From: an uncultured beta proteobacterium
GTDB taxonomy: Bacteria > Pseudomonadota > Gammaproteobacteria > Burkholderiales > Gallionellaceae
Length of the DNA: 64,000 bases
Direction of reading: 5' to 3'
NCBI GenBank assembly: GCA_963757485.1
Contig: CAVWTZ010000123.1
Location: 2,051-66,050, forward strand
Shown here: positions 50,709 through 61,564 of the stretch, piece by piece
Numbering within the stretch: position 1 is the stretch's first letter
How the letters are laid out: each line of letters begins with the position of its first letter
Made by a program: the position numbers and the translations under genes
Notes under the pieces: model-generated
Databases searched by the model: none
What the model was told of the DNA's origin: nothing
The model's input: only the letters and a program-made list of their open reading frames with translations

Positions 50709-52255
50709 AACGCGATTTTGCGTTGCTGGCCGGGAAACACTTCGACCTGCTGGTCTGCGGCGGCGGCATCTACGGTGCGTGGACCGCGTATGACGCGGCC
50801 TTGCGCGGCCTGAAGGTCGCGATCGTGGAACAGCGCGACTGGGCTTCAGGAACTTCTTCCGCATCCAGCAAGCTGATACACGGCGGCTTGCGCTACCTCG
50901 AAACTTGCGATTTCAAACTGGTCAGGAAGGCGATAAAGGAACGGCAGCTATTGCTGAAACTGGCGCCTCATCGCGTCTGGCCGCTGCGTTTCGGCGTGCC
51001 CATATTCAAGGACAGCCGCATCGGCAGGCTAAAGCTGAAGGCCGGTTTGACGCTGTACGATATTCTTGCCGGCTTTCCTGGTGCGGATATCGCCCATCGT
51101 TATTTTGGCCGCGCCGAATTTGCCAAACATTTTTCCTTCCTCAGTGACGACGGATTGAAAGGCGGCTTTACCTACGGCGATGCGCAGACCGACGATGCGC
51201 GGCTGGTGCTGGAACTGATCGCCGGCGCGATGGCGGCGGGCGCGGTGTGCGTAAACTACTGCCGGCTGACCGGGCTGGTGGAATCGGGCGGGCGGGTGCG
51301 CGGCGCAACGGTTGAAGATCAGCTCAGTCATCACGGCGCGCAGATCCAGGCCAGGCAAATCGTCCATGCCACCGGGCAATGGGCGAGCGCATCGCAGCCA
51401 GGGCGCGACTGGTGCCGGCTGGCCAAGGGCGTGCACCTGGCCATGCCTGCGGCGCTGCAGGAAGACGCGCTGCTGCTGACAGCACCTTCTGATGGCCGCG
51501 TGTTTTTCATGATCCCCTGGTATGGCATGACATTGCTGGGCACCACGGATAATGATTACGAGGGCGATCTTGACCAGGTGTCAGTCGAGCCTGCAGACAT
51601 CGCCTATCTGCTTGCCGCAGCCAATCATTACCTCAAGACTGCATGGGCGGAAGCCGATATTGCGGCAAGCTATGCCGGCGTGCGGGTGATGAAGCGCAGC
51701 GGCGAAGTCTCGCCGTCGGATGTCAGCCGCGACTGGGAATTGAAGACCGCCGGCAACGGCGTGCATTATTCGATAGGCGGCAAGCTCACCTCGGCACGGG
51801 AAGACGCGGCATGCATCGTCGACACGGTGTGCGGGCAACTCGGTGTCGATACGCGCTGTGCGACCAGTGAACGCAGATTGCCGTGGGCGCCGGAAACGGA
51901 TTATGCGTCATGGTCGGCTGCGATCACTGCACGGGCAAACCGGTTGGGCATCGATCATGAATGTGCTATGTGGCTGATGCGCCGGCACGGCAAACGGGTC
52001 GAACAGGTATTGGATAGCATAGCGGGCGAGCCGCAATTGGCCGAGCGCATCGTTCCCGCATTGCCGTTCCTATACGCGGATTTGCTGCATTGCGCGCGCA
52101 ATGAAATGGTCGTCCATCGGGACGACCTGCTGCGCCGCCGCATGCCGTTGTCAATTCTCGCCAGGCTTTCCGACGGCACGATGCATCGCATCTCGGCGTT
52201 CATGGTCCGTGCCCGGGATCGCGATGACACGGAACCGATCGCGAAATCCGACTGA
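50705..52255 (+). CDS. glpD: FAD-dependent glycerol-3-phosphate dehydrogenase
   Basis: 'GGGIYG', 'GTSSASSKLIHGGLRYL', 'DDARL', 'GTTD', 'GGKLT'. Confidence 0.92.
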   Translation: MKRDFALLAGKHFDLLVCGGGIYGAWTAYDAALRGLKVAIVEQRDWASGTSSASSKLIHGGLRYLETCDFKLVRKAIKERQLLLKLAPHRVWPLRFGVPIFKDSRIGRLKLKAGLTLYDILAGFPGADIAHRYFGRAEFAKHFSFLSDDGLKGGFTYGDAQTDDARLVLELIAGAMAAGAVCVNYCRLTGLVESGGRVRGATVEDQLSHHGAQIQARQIVHATGQWASASQPGRDWCRLAKGVHLAMPAALQEDALLLTAPSDGRVFFMIPWYGMTLLGTTDNDYEGDLDQVSVEPADIAYLLAAANHYLKTAWAEADIAASYAGVRVMKRSGEVSPSDVSRDWELKTAGNGVHYSIGGKLTSAREDAACIVDTVCGQLGVDTRCATSERRLPWAPETDYASWSAAITARANRLGIDHECAMWLMRRHGKRVEQVLDSIAGEPQLAERIVPALPFLYADLLHCARNEMVVHRDDLLRRRMPLSILARLSDGTMHRISAFMVRARDRDDTEPIAKSD

Positions 52256-52314
52256 CGGTGGTCGGGTTGCGCCTCGTTCAGCTACAATGAACCTGAAATC
52301 CAGGGAGGGAAATC

Positions 52315-53691
52315 ATGTACAGACTGTTCTACACGCTCGCGATGCTGTGGCTGGCCGGCACGCTGGCCGGTTGTGCCTCGATGTCGAAAAAGGATTGCGA
52401 GAACGCTGACTGGCGCACCATAGGCTACAACGACGGCGCGCGGGGAATCTATTTCACCAACCTGGATAGCTACCGCAAGCGCTGCAGCGAGTACCAGATT
52501 GCACCGGATGCCAACGCCTACCAGACCGGCTGGAACCAAGGCATCCGCAGCTATTGCACGAGCGACAATGGTTACCGTGCCGGCATCGCCGGACAGGCAT
52601 TCCAGGATATCTGCCCGGCGGATGTTGCGCCCGGCTACCGGGTTGGCTGGGAGCAGGGGATAAGGCAATACTGCACGCCGGACAACGGACTCAGGCAGGG
52701 GCTGGCCGGCTATCCCTACCGGGGTGTGTGCCCTGCCGATACCGCAATTGACTTCCAGAACCGCTACAGGCTGGGGCTGGATCTGCGCCAGGCACGCGCC
52801 AACGACCAGAATATCGAATACAAACTGGATCAGGTGCGAAAAGACCTGGCTAACGAGAAGGATCCGCACGGTTACCACGATCTTCTTGAAGAACTGGCTC
52901 GCCTGCGCCACGATGAGGATCGCAGTGAGTTCAGGGTCGGCGCACTGCAGGCCTGCACCAACGACGACTTGTTCGAGGTTGGGCTGTCTGACGGGGAATC
53001 AGGCAGCCCCTACCAGGCTCGCGAGATTGCCGGCCTGTGCCGCGGCTACGGCAGCGGAGAGGACCTGCCGGGTTATCGCGACGGCTGGAGCCAGGGCAAC
53101 AATCATTACTGCAGCTATGACTCGGGGCTTTATGCCGGCCAGAACAACCAGGAATACCAGGGGGTATGCAATGGCCCAAGGTACGGGCTGTTCTGGAGCG
53201 GTTACCTGCGCGGCATCCAACTGTTCCAGGCCGGACGCTACGAGGATCATCCGCGACCCCAGTATCAACGCGAGGAACGGCATCAGCGCGGGGAACAGCA
53301 ACATTCACAGCAGGAACAGTACCGCGAGCAGGCCCAGCCTGCCGATGGGAATGCCAATCAACCCGCTGCTGCGCGCGGCGGCAAACAGGTACAGCCGGAT
53401 CGTCATGGTATCGCCGGCTACCTGAATCCATCTGACCAGCCGTCGAACAAAAAGCCCGTGCCGGCGAACACGAAGCCTGCGGACAAACAGGTGAACAGGG
53501 AACCGGTGAATCAACCCGTCAACGGGAAGCCGGAAGCCAAGGCTGACAGCAAGAAAAAGGAGGACAAGCAGAAGAGCGATCAATCCGACCGCAAACAGGG
53601 CAGCAAGCCGGATCACCGGGACAACAACGGCAAACCGGCAGATGAGCATTATCCCGGCGATGAACACGGGACTTCGTCGAAGCCAGAATAG
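52315..53691 (+). CDS. DUF2799-like multi-repeat lipoprotein with a disordered C-terminus
   Basis: 'LAGCASMSKKDC..ADW..IGY.DG'; repeated 'Y..GW.QG...YC...NG...G' units. Confidence 0.8.
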   Translation: MYRLFYTLAMLWLAGTLAGCASMSKKDCENADWRTIGYNDGARGIYFTNLDSYRKRCSEYQIAPDANAYQTGWNQGIRSYCTSDNGYRAGIAGQAFQDICPADVAPGYRVGWEQGIRQYCTPDNGLRQGLAGYPYRGVCPADTAIDFQNRYRLGLDLRQARANDQNIEYKLDQVRKDLANEKDPHGYHDLLEELARLRHDEDRSEFRVGALQACTNDDLFEVGLSDGESGSPYQAREIAGLCRGYGSGEDLPGYRDGWSQGNNHYCSYDSGLYAGQNNQEYQGVCNGPRYGLFWSGYLRGIQLFQAGRYEDHPRPQYQREERHQRGEQQHSQQEQYREQAQPADGNANQPAAARGGKQVQPDRHGIAGYLNPSDQPSNKKPVPANTKPADKQVNREPVNQPVNGKPEAKADSKKKEDKQKSDQSDRKQGSKPDHRDNNGKPADEHYPGDEHGTSSKPE

Positions 53692-53954
53692 GGAAACAGG
53701 CCGACGATAACCGGGTTTTTTTCAAGACCCGCTTCGCAGTTTTATTGGTTACTTCAGGGGGTCATCATGAAAGCAAATCAATTGACTATTTTCCTCGCGC
53801 TGTCAGTTGCCGGCACGGTCGCGCTGCGGAGCAGCCGGACCGCAGTACGGTGACAGGAACATGAGGCGACAGATTCCGTGCATGTGTTTCGTGACGATGC
53901 CTTGTCCATTTTTGCGAACCCGGATCCGGAACAGGTCCGCGAAACCTGACTGAC

Positions 53955-55382
53955 ATGCTCCCTGCCGACCGCATTTCCGCCATCGCCCTTGATCTCGGCA
54001 CCACATTGATCAAGGCGGGCTTGCTGGATCGGCGCGGCGAAATCGGCCATCTGGTTGTACGCCACGCACCGGAAATCAACGCGAGTGACGGGCATTACGA
54101 AAGCGATGCGCTGGCCTATGCGGAGACGGCCGAGCAGGCGCTCGACGACTGCATCGCGCAGGCCGGAGACTGCACGTCACTGGGCCTGTGCAGCCAGCGT
54201 TCGTCCTTTCTGGTCTGGGAGCAATCCACCGGCAAACCGCTGACACCGCTGATTTCGTGGCAGGACAATCGCGGACTGGCAAGCTGTGCCGCGTTGCGGG
54301 CGCACGAGAACCTTGTCCGCAGTCTTTCCGGTTTGCCGCTGACACCGTATTATTTTGCGGCCAAACTGCGCGTGGTGCTGCAGAAAAATCCGGGATGGCG
54401 GGCGCGGCTCGAGCGCGGCGAACTGCGTGCCGGCACGCTGGATACGTTCCTGATCTGGCGCCTGACCGGCGCCGCGTATTTCGTCACCGATGCATCGATG
54501 GCGGCGCGCACGCAACTGATGGACATCCGGGAACAACGATGGTCAGCGCAGCTTTGCAGGCTGTTCGATATTCCCGTCGACATATTGCCGGAGATCAAGC
54601 CTTCCGCAGGCATCGGGCTGCAATTGGAAAACGGACTGGTTCTGCAAGCCAGTGTCGGCGACCAGTCGGCCGCGCTATTTGCCAGCGTCCGCGCCGACCA
54701 GCCAGAAGCCCTGGTCAATCTGGGCACCGGCTGCTTTGTGATCCGCGGCCTGCCGGATGGAAAGCCGGCATCGAACGGTTACCTGCAGACGCTGGTTTAT
54801 CAGGACAGCGCCCGGCATGTGCATTTCGCGATCGAGGGCACGCTCAACTCCGTCGCGGCCGCGTTTGCGCCGTATCCGGTGGGTGCATGCAGAGTCGAAG
54901 ATCTCGCGGCTGACGATATCTACTGCGTTGCCGAACCCAGCGGTCTGGGCGCGCCGTATTTCCGCACCGACATCGGCATGCGGTATTCCGAGCCGGTCGC
55001 AAAACTGTCGCGGCAACGCATCGCCGCGTTGCTGCTGGAAGCCGTGATTTTCAGGGTGACGCGGATACTGGAGGAGTTCAGCCGCGAAGGCGCGATCGAG
55101 CGTGTATTCCTTTCCGGCGGATTGTCGGAACTGGCCTGTTTGCAGCAAGGCATCGCCGCTTGCGTGCCTTGCGAGGTTCATCACCTGCGGCAAAGCGAAT
55201 CCAGCCTGCGGGGAGCCGCGCTGCTCGCAGCAGGCGTGGAGCCGGCCAGCCGGCGGAACAGCGTCAGGATACAAGCTGCGGAAAACACGGCGTTGCGAAA
55301 AAAATACCCGGGCTGGAAATCATGGCTGGACGGTTTGTTGTCCGCTGCTGCGTGCGGTAACTGCTTGGAAAGCCGGCATTGA
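53955..55382 (+). CDS. FGGY-family carbohydrate kinase (glycerol kinase-like)
   Basis: 'DLGTT', 'SWQDNR', 'GTLDTFL', 'GDQ', 'GLGAPY'. Confidence 0.88.
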   Translation: MLPADRISAIALDLGTTLIKAGLLDRRGEIGHLVVRHAPEINASDGHYESDALAYAETAEQALDDCIAQAGDCTSLGLCSQRSSFLVWEQSTGKPLTPLISWQDNRGLASCAALRAHENLVRSLSGLPLTPYYFAAKLRVVLQKNPGWRARLERGELRAGTLDTFLIWRLTGAAYFVTDASMAARTQLMDIREQRWSAQLCRLFDIPVDILPEIKPSAGIGLQLENGLVLQASVGDQSAALFASVRADQPEALVNLGTGCFVIRGLPDGKPASNGYLQTLVYQDSARHVHFAIEGTLNSVAAAFAPYPVGACRVEDLAADDIYCVAEPSGLGAPYFRTDIGMRYSEPVAKLSRQRIAALLLEAVIFRVTRILEEFSREGAIERVFLSGGLSELACLQQGIAACVPCEVHHLRQSESSLRGAALLAAGVEPASRRNSVRIQAAENTALRKKYPGWKSWLDGLLSAAACGNCLESRH

Positions 55383-55724
55383 CTGTTGACGTGGCAGTAC
55401 CATGGCAACTATAGGCAGGGAAGCGGAAAGTTGTATTAGCGAATACAATCAATCATGTTCCAACCAATAACTGCGATTCGTGAGTGGCAGCTTTCCGGCA
55501 ATCAAAATGTAAACATAGAGTTCCGCAACGTGCCAGTTGCAGTTGGTCGAGGTGTAGAATATCCAGTAAGAAAGCTGACGGTCGTGACCGGCAACAAGCG
55601 GCCATAACCGGCCTGTGATGTTGGTCTTATTTGGAGCGTCGAATCTTGATGCCATGAAGTTCCGCAAACGAGAGTGAACCGTAGTTCAAGTTTCTATAAC
55701 ACAGGAGTTCAACGCCTGCTGCAT

Positions 55725-56462
55725 TCACCCTGACGGTTGTTTATTTCCCACAGATGCCATCGCCGCATCCAGCGCTTTCGTAAATTCATTGATCTTGATG
55801 GGCTTGGTGAGATACCTGAAGAAGCCAGCCTCCAGCCCCTTCTCGATATCACTAAGCATGGCATTAGCACTCAGGGCGATAATGGGAATATGTTTCGTTG
55901 CCGGGTCGTTACGTAGAAGAGTCATCGCTTCTATCCCGCTGATGCCGGGCAGCTTGATGTCCATCAGAATAATATTCGGCAGTTGTTCTTGCGCAAGTGC
56001 TACGCCCCGGATTCCATCGCGTGCGCTTAACATGCGAATACGGGGACAACCCTCAATTATTTGCTCGACCAGCATCAAGTTGGCCGGATTATCTTCCACG
56101 TAGAGCAGGGTGTAGCCTGCCACATCATCCTTAGGCTGCGAAACAGCTTCCTCGTGCAGTTCAATAACTGCAGCAGGCTGTGACGTAACGTCACGATCCA
56201 GTTCGATCCAGAATTCGCTGCCCACTCCAACGGTGCTTTCCACACCGATGGTGCCTCCCATCAGTTCAACCAATTTCTTGCTTACTGCCAAGCCGATGCC
56301 TGTTCCTTCCTTAACACCGATCTCTTGGCCGAGACGGCTGAATGGCTGGAATCGCTGTGCCAGCTTTTCCGCAGACAATCCCGCACCGCTGTCTTTGACG
56401 CTGATGCGCAGGCGTCCCGGAGTATTCGCTGAACACGTCACCTCGACACAAGAAATCGACAT
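55725..56462 (-). pseudogene. C-terminal fragment of a hybrid histidine kinase (partial HATPase + REC)
   Basis: Starts at the G1 box 'DSGAG'; 'GTGIGL', REC 'YVEDN..MDI..KP'; no H-box or N-box. Confidence 0.8.
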
Positions 56463-56496
56463 TCATAATCGCAACGAAGGCGAAACTTAGGATGAT

Positions 56497-56787
56497 TCAT
56501 TTATCCTGCCCACCGTTCACCCTCTCCCTTAACTCAACGCCCGGCCTGAAATTCAGCACGGCCTTTTCAGGCACTTGAACTTTCTCACCTGTCCGAGGGT
56601 TGAGCCCCAATCTTGCAGGCCTAGTACGAACGCTGAAACTGCCAAACCCCCTCAATTCGACTCTGTCGCCTTGAGCCAACTGATTAAGGATGGAGTCAAT
56701 AATGGTTTTGACGGCAAGTTCAAAATCAGAAGTGGTGAACTGGGTATGCTTGTGAGCGAGATTGGAGATTAGTTCGGAGCGGATCAT
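56497..56787 (-). CDS. ihfB: Integration host factor beta subunit (accessory copy)
   Basis: 'MIRSELI', 'RVELRGFGSF', 'NPRTGEKV', 'ELRERVN'. Confidence 0.88.
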   Translation of the reverse strand: MIRSELISNLAHKHTQFTTSDFELAVKTIIDSILNQLAQGDRVELRGFGSFSVRTRPARLGLNPRTGEKVQVPEKAVLNFRPGVELRERVNGGQDK

Positions 56788-56990
56788 CGTGTGGGTTTGT
56801 GTTATTAATTAAGCTTGGCGTGTATCGAGGACTGGATATGGCAGCATCAGTAGGTGACTGTTAAAGGCGCAACCGTATATCTTTGATGCCTTGCATCAAA
56901 GCAAGCGTGTCGCTGATGAAGTCATTGGATATTATGTTGCCACTGATGCTTTATCCTTACCGTCAGCTAAACGCTATCTTCCTCTCATTA

Positions 56991-57221
56991 TCAGTGGGCG
57001 CTGATGGCGTTGCGGCTGTTGAGCATTGAATCGATCTCCACTTCGGCGGCCAGCCAGTCCTCGACGGGATCACCTCCACCAAAACCGCGATGCTCGGCGC
57101 GGAAATAAGCTGCGACCGCAATCATTTCTTCGCGATCTGTCTGATCCCCAATTTCATGCTGAGTGGCGGAAGGTTTGGCCTTCTCGCCCGTGGTGCTTGA
57201 GTCGGTAGACTTATGTGGCAT
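56991..57221 (-). CDS. DUF2934 family protein
   Basis: 'IAVAAYFRAEHRGF..GDPVEDWLAAE'. Confidence 0.9.
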   Translation of the reverse strand: MPHKSTDSSTTGEKAKPSATQHEIGDQTDREEMIAVAAYFRAEHRGFGGGDPVEDWLAAEVEIDSMLNSRNAISAH

Positions 57222-57440
57222 GATCGTTCTCCTTAAAAAATGGCCAGAAAGTTTATGAAAACATAATTATTTAGGATGAAAAATTTGCGGTAATAGTGAT
57301 AGTCACGAAGGCACTGCGTGAAGCGGGCAAATATGCGTAACATGATCGCTCCCTTCCATTCCTATTTCTGGATAGCTTGTCGAAACTCCAGAAACACGAC
57401 GGCCAAATACCAAATAATAGACGGTTAGAAATTTCTGTTA

Positions 57441-57824
57441 TCAGCAGGGTTGCAATATCACCCTTATGGCGTATTTCCCTGCGTAATTCAGCAGAACGAA
57501 ATGCAAATTGTTCAGAAAGACGTTGCCTAGCCGGTTTATTGCCAGGAAGGGCTGGCCGCAACGGCTGATGAAACCAAGCTGCGAATTGAATTGCCCATTT
57601 TTTACCAGCTGGATTCCTGAAAGTTCCGGCAACAGCTTCGAAACAGGCTGCCAGACCAGATCCTTCAGGCGATAACCAAAGAGCGTTTCGCCGGTTTTGC
57701 TGCAATCGCAGATCATGCCGCGTTCATCCAATGTCAGTGTCGGTGGTGCCTGCCATTCAGCGCGGGAGGATGAATCGATTTCGATTGCGGCATCACCTTT
57801 CTTGGCTGGATTCATTGTGCGCAC
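57441..57824 (-). CDS. Stand-alone PAS-like domain protein
   Basis: 'LDERGMICDCS...ETLFGY...LVWQPVSKLLP'. Confidence 0.7.
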   Translation of the reverse strand: MRTMNPAKKGDAAIEIDSSSRAEWQAPPTLTLDERGMICDCSKTGETLFGYRLKDLVWQPVSKLLPELSGIQLVKNGQFNSQLGFISRCGQPFLAINRLGNVFLNNLHFVLLNYAGKYAIRVILQPC

Positions 57825-58147
57825 CTAATATTAGGGATCAAGGACCTATCAAATATCTGAAAGCAAATTTACAGTAGCATTACAACTTAACAAATAGGGG
57901 CGAACGCCTAAGTAAAAATACGTATATTGCTCAAAATGGGAATATCCCCGTTGCATCCAGAGTAATATTCGTCGGAGAGGTGATATTTTGCGACCGGTTT
58001 CGATCCGGGTGTATGCTTCAGGCAAGCGCGACCATCAAGGATAGTTGCAATCTGGCCCGGTGGGCGGATTTGGAGGTCTCTGCGGCTTGGTGGCATTTCC
58101 GGTTCCCTCGCCACAGGTCGTTGGGCAACCCAGAGAGAGAAAGTCTG

Positions 58148-59719
58148 ATGCTTCCGGAAGATAAATTGCCCAGTAGCAACTCCCACCTGGGAAAGTCCAA
58201 TATCTCTCCGCAAGCGCCCGCACAAGTTTCTTCGACAGGATCAGGAAAGGTTGCATCGACAAGAATGGAAGAGGACTACACGAAAACGGCTGGGTCCTCC
58301 GCACCGTCATTGATCAGTTCGGGCATTGTGCAGCCAGATTTGGCCGTGCGCACTTCCATTCTGCAACAACTCCAGGAATTATCTCTCTTTAATCTCTGGT
58401 TGGTCTCCATTTTCGTTTCCGTGGCGGCAACCGAAATCATCGTTTGCGGTATGGACTTGATGCTGAAGGGAAAGGTTACCTACGATTATCTGTTTACCGG
58501 TTTCGTGGCCGCTTTGCTGGTTGCATCCACTGTTGTCGCCGCTCTGATCTTTCTTTTCAAACAGCTGAAGCTGGAAACGCAACGCAGCCATCAACTGGCC
58601 AAGGAATTAACTGAGAGCGAACTTCGCGCCAAGGAGGCAATCGCGGCATCACGCCTGGCTTTGTGGAACTACGACCTGACGACGGGGAAGGTTTATCTGT
58701 CGGAAGGCTGGTCGCAACTCCTCGGTGGCGCGCAAGTGCCGACCATCACCACGATAAACGCCCTTGCCGGACTGGTGCCGGAGGAAGAGCAGCTTGCCGT
58801 GAAGGAAGCGATAATTAAGGCGATAAAAGGACACAACGCTTCCGCTTACCAGATTGAACATCGCGTGAGGAAACTCAACGGCGAATTCATGTGGGTATGC
58901 AGCGAGGGGGCAGTAATCGCGCGCGACTCGGATGGCCTAGCGTTGCGCATGACAGGTATCAATCGCGACATCACCGAACGGAAAAGGCTAGAAAAGGAGC
59001 TTATGGACAGGCGGGAGAAAATGGCAGAGTTGCAAAAACTGCAAATAGCCGCCCAGACCGCCTCAGCCATCGCCCATGAATTGAATCAGCCTCTGATGGC
59101 CATCGCTTCATATAACAAGACCGCGCGCATACTGTTGAAAGCCGAAAAGCCCGAACTCGATAGAGTCCGCAAAACTATCGAGGGGAGCGAGCGGCAAGCT
59201 CACCGTGCCGGGGACTCAATCCGAGAGCTGATCAAATTTTTAGGCATGAATGAGTTTCCGACCGAGGCATTTGACCTCAACAAGGAAATCCTTGAGGTCC
59301 TGGACACGGCAAGGTCAGAACACGAATTGCAGTTCCATTCCATTCTACGCCTGGAACAGGACCTGCCTTTGGTCTTGGCCAACCGCACCCACGTACAAAG
59401 GGTGCTGCTCAATCTGGTGCACAACGGCATCGAGGCCATGCAGGAATTTGGCGTGCCGCTGCCTTCGATCATCGTGACCGTGCGTACGATAAAGGATGTA
59501 GGCGTTGCCCAGGTGACAATACAGGACAATGGGCCGGGCGTTAAGAAAGAGGATTTTGAGCGCCTATTCGAACCCTTCTTCACCACCAAGAGCAAGGGTA
59601 TCGGCATGGGGCTTGCCATCAGCCGCTCGCTGATCGAAGCGAATGGCGGCCAGCTCTGGATTGACCCGCAAGAGAGTCCCGGCGCCACTTTCCACTTTAC
59701 CTTGCCTTTGGCAACATGA
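58148..59719 (+). CDS. PAS sensor histidine kinase (FixL-like)
   Basis: TM pair, PAS_3, 'AHELNQPL', 'DNGPG', 'GMGLAISRS'; start codon uncertain. Confidence 0.9.
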   Translation: MLPEDKLPSSNSHLGKSNISPQAPAQVSSTGSGKVASTRMEEDYTKTAGSSAPSLISSGIVQPDLAVRTSILQQLQELSLFNLWLVSIFVSVAATEIIVCGMDLMLKGKVTYDYLFTGFVAALLVASTVVAALIFLFKQLKLETQRSHQLAKELTESELRAKEAIAASRLALWNYDLTTGKVYLSEGWSQLLGGAQVPTITTINALAGLVPEEEQLAVKEAIIKAIKGHNASAYQIEHRVRKLNGEFMWVCSEGAVIARDSDGLALRMTGINRDITERKRLEKELMDRREKMAELQKLQIAAQTASAIAHELNQPLMAIASYNKTARILLKAEKPELDRVRKTIEGSERQAHRAGDSIRELIKFLGMNEFPTEAFDLNKEILEVLDTARSEHELQFHSILRLEQDLPLVLANRTHVQRVLLNLVHNGIEAMQEFGVPLPSIIVTVRTIKDVGVAQVTIQDNGPGVKKEDFERLFEPFFTTKSKGIGMGLAISRSLIEANGGQLWIDPQESPGATFHFTLPLAT

Positions 59720-60339
59720 ACGCCAGTACCATGATATACGTTATAGACGATGACGCAGCGATAAGAGATTCACTCTCCATGATGCTGGAAGCGGTTGGCC
59801 ATACTGTTGCCGCATTTGGTAGTGCCAGTGAGTTTCTCGATGTCTGCACGCCCGGTGTCCAGGATGGATGCATCATACTTGACGTGGACATGCCCATCAT
59901 GGACGGACCCGCGTTGCAGGAAGAGTTGCTAAGGCGAAACGTGCGACTGCCGGTAATCTTCCTTTCCGGGAAAGGCACCATCCCGGTAACGGTGCGCACC
60001 GTCAAGGCAGGCGCGATAGATTTCCTGACCAAGCCTGTAGACGGATCGATATTGCTGGCCCGCGTGCAGGATGCGTTGGAGCAGTGTCCATTCCTGCAAA
60101 GACAGGCCGAGGATTACCAGTCCATCTCCTCACGGCTGGCAAAGCTTACCGCACGCGAACGCGAAGTCTTGAAGCTGGCCGTTGCAGGGCAGACCAACAA
60201 GGAAATCGCCCAGCGTCTTGGCATCAGCTACCGGACAGTGGAAATCCACCGCACCCACGTGATGCTGAAAACCGGTGCAGCCAACCTGCTGGAACTCGCC
60301 CGCATGGCCGACACGGTTCAATCGCATCAGACTCCGTGA
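59716..60339 (+). CDS. FixJ-like LuxR response regulator
   Basis: 'IDDD', 'LDVDMP', 'DFLTKP', HTH 'NKEIA..LGIS.RTVEIHR'. Confidence 0.93.
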   Translation: MNASTMIYVIDDDAAIRDSLSMMLEAVGHTVAAFGSASEFLDVCTPGVQDGCIILDVDMPIMDGPALQEELLRRNVRLPVIFLSGKGTIPVTVRTVKAGAIDFLTKPVDGSILLARVQDALEQCPFLQRQAEDYQSISSRLAKLTAREREVLKLAVAGQTNKEIAQRLGISYRTVEIHRTHVMLKTGAANLLELARMADTVQSHQTP

Positions 60340-60431
60340 CAAACGCATCACCCGCATACGTGCTGATACTGATTACATCCCGCGATGCTTTGATGCTATG
60401 TTGAATTGCCTTATTTCAAGAGGTATTTATC

Positions 60432-61039
60432 ATGATGTCGACCTTGGCGGCCATCGAAAAGCCACGAAAAAAAACGTGTTCGAGGCCATTCTTGCACGGC
60501 GCTCGGTGAGGTCCTACAGACCTGACCAACTTGACCGCAACACTGTTCAAACATTGCTGGAAGCCGCCGTGCGCGCCCCGACGGCCATGCATGAGGAACC
60601 TTGGGCATTCGTCGTGGTGCAAAACCATTCGCTGTTGCAGCGTTTATCCGATCAGGCCAAGCCGATCTTCGTCGAAGAGGCGCGCCACCGCACTTCACAG
60701 GGAGTCAGGCATTCATTCGATCACTTCAACCGGCCGGATTTCAATATCTTCCATGGCGCCGATACCCTGATCATCATCTGCGCCAAGCCATCCAGCCCGT
60801 TCGTGGCTGCCGACTGCTGGCTGGCGGCGGAAAATCTGATGCTCGCGGCGACCGCGATCGGACTGGGCAGTTGTGTTATCGGCTCTGCCGTTGCCGCGTT
60901 GAATATTCACAAGGTGAAAGCCGAACTTGGCATACCTGACGAATATACCGCGATCGCGCCGATCATCGTGGGTGTGCCGCGTGGAGAGACCCGGGCCAGG
61001 ACGAGGAAGGACCCAAAGATTCTTTCCTGGATGCAATGA
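60432..61039 (+). CDS. Nitroreductase; the RBS-linked ATG is out of frame across an A8 run (alternative GTG start at 60476)
   Basis: 'AILARRSVRSY', 'APTAMHEEPWAF', 'ENLMLAATAIGLGSC'; AGAGGT before ATG 60432. Confidence 0.85.
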
Positions 61040-61213
61040 AGCTTATCGGGAGCAATCGCGGCTGGGAGCTTGTGGCACACCCCGAGCGGTCATGACATGG
61101 AAGCCGAATAGCCGAAACCGGTCGAAAGTGACGGGTCGAAAAACTTGGAACCGGACATTCCGGCAGGCTGAACCGATACCACTTCTGAAAATCATCAGAG
61201 TCCGGTAAGGCCG

Positions 61214-61432
61214 TATTGTGTTGAAAAACTCTTTTTTAGGTCGTGTTGAAAAAATTCTAGCCTCATAGAGGGCTTTAATAATTTTCGATACGGGAGGATA
61301 CCCCCGCCATCCTTAAACTCAACCATGAGCCGTTAAACTACACCCCTATGGATGAACAAGTGCGATTTGCTTATACACCTGCAATTCGCAAAATTTCCGA
61401 GGGGTGCGAAAAAAGAGTTTTTCAACACAATA
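61214..61432. mobile_element. MITE with IS1182-like terminal inverted repeats (copy 2)
   Basis: TATTGTGTTGAAAAACTC...GAGTTTTTCAACACAATA inverted ends, 4-bp TSD GCCG; homologous to 9118-9312 in inverted orientation. Confidence 0.88.
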
Positions 61433-61564
61433 GCCGATGAGCGGAACCTTACGGCAATTTCGGTTAATGTCTCAAATGATAATCATGTAGCCGGCCTCCT
61501 AGCTGCGTAGCTGCAGCAAGGGTAAAGTTAAGGTGCGAACCAAACTTAACCCAAGGAGGCCGAC

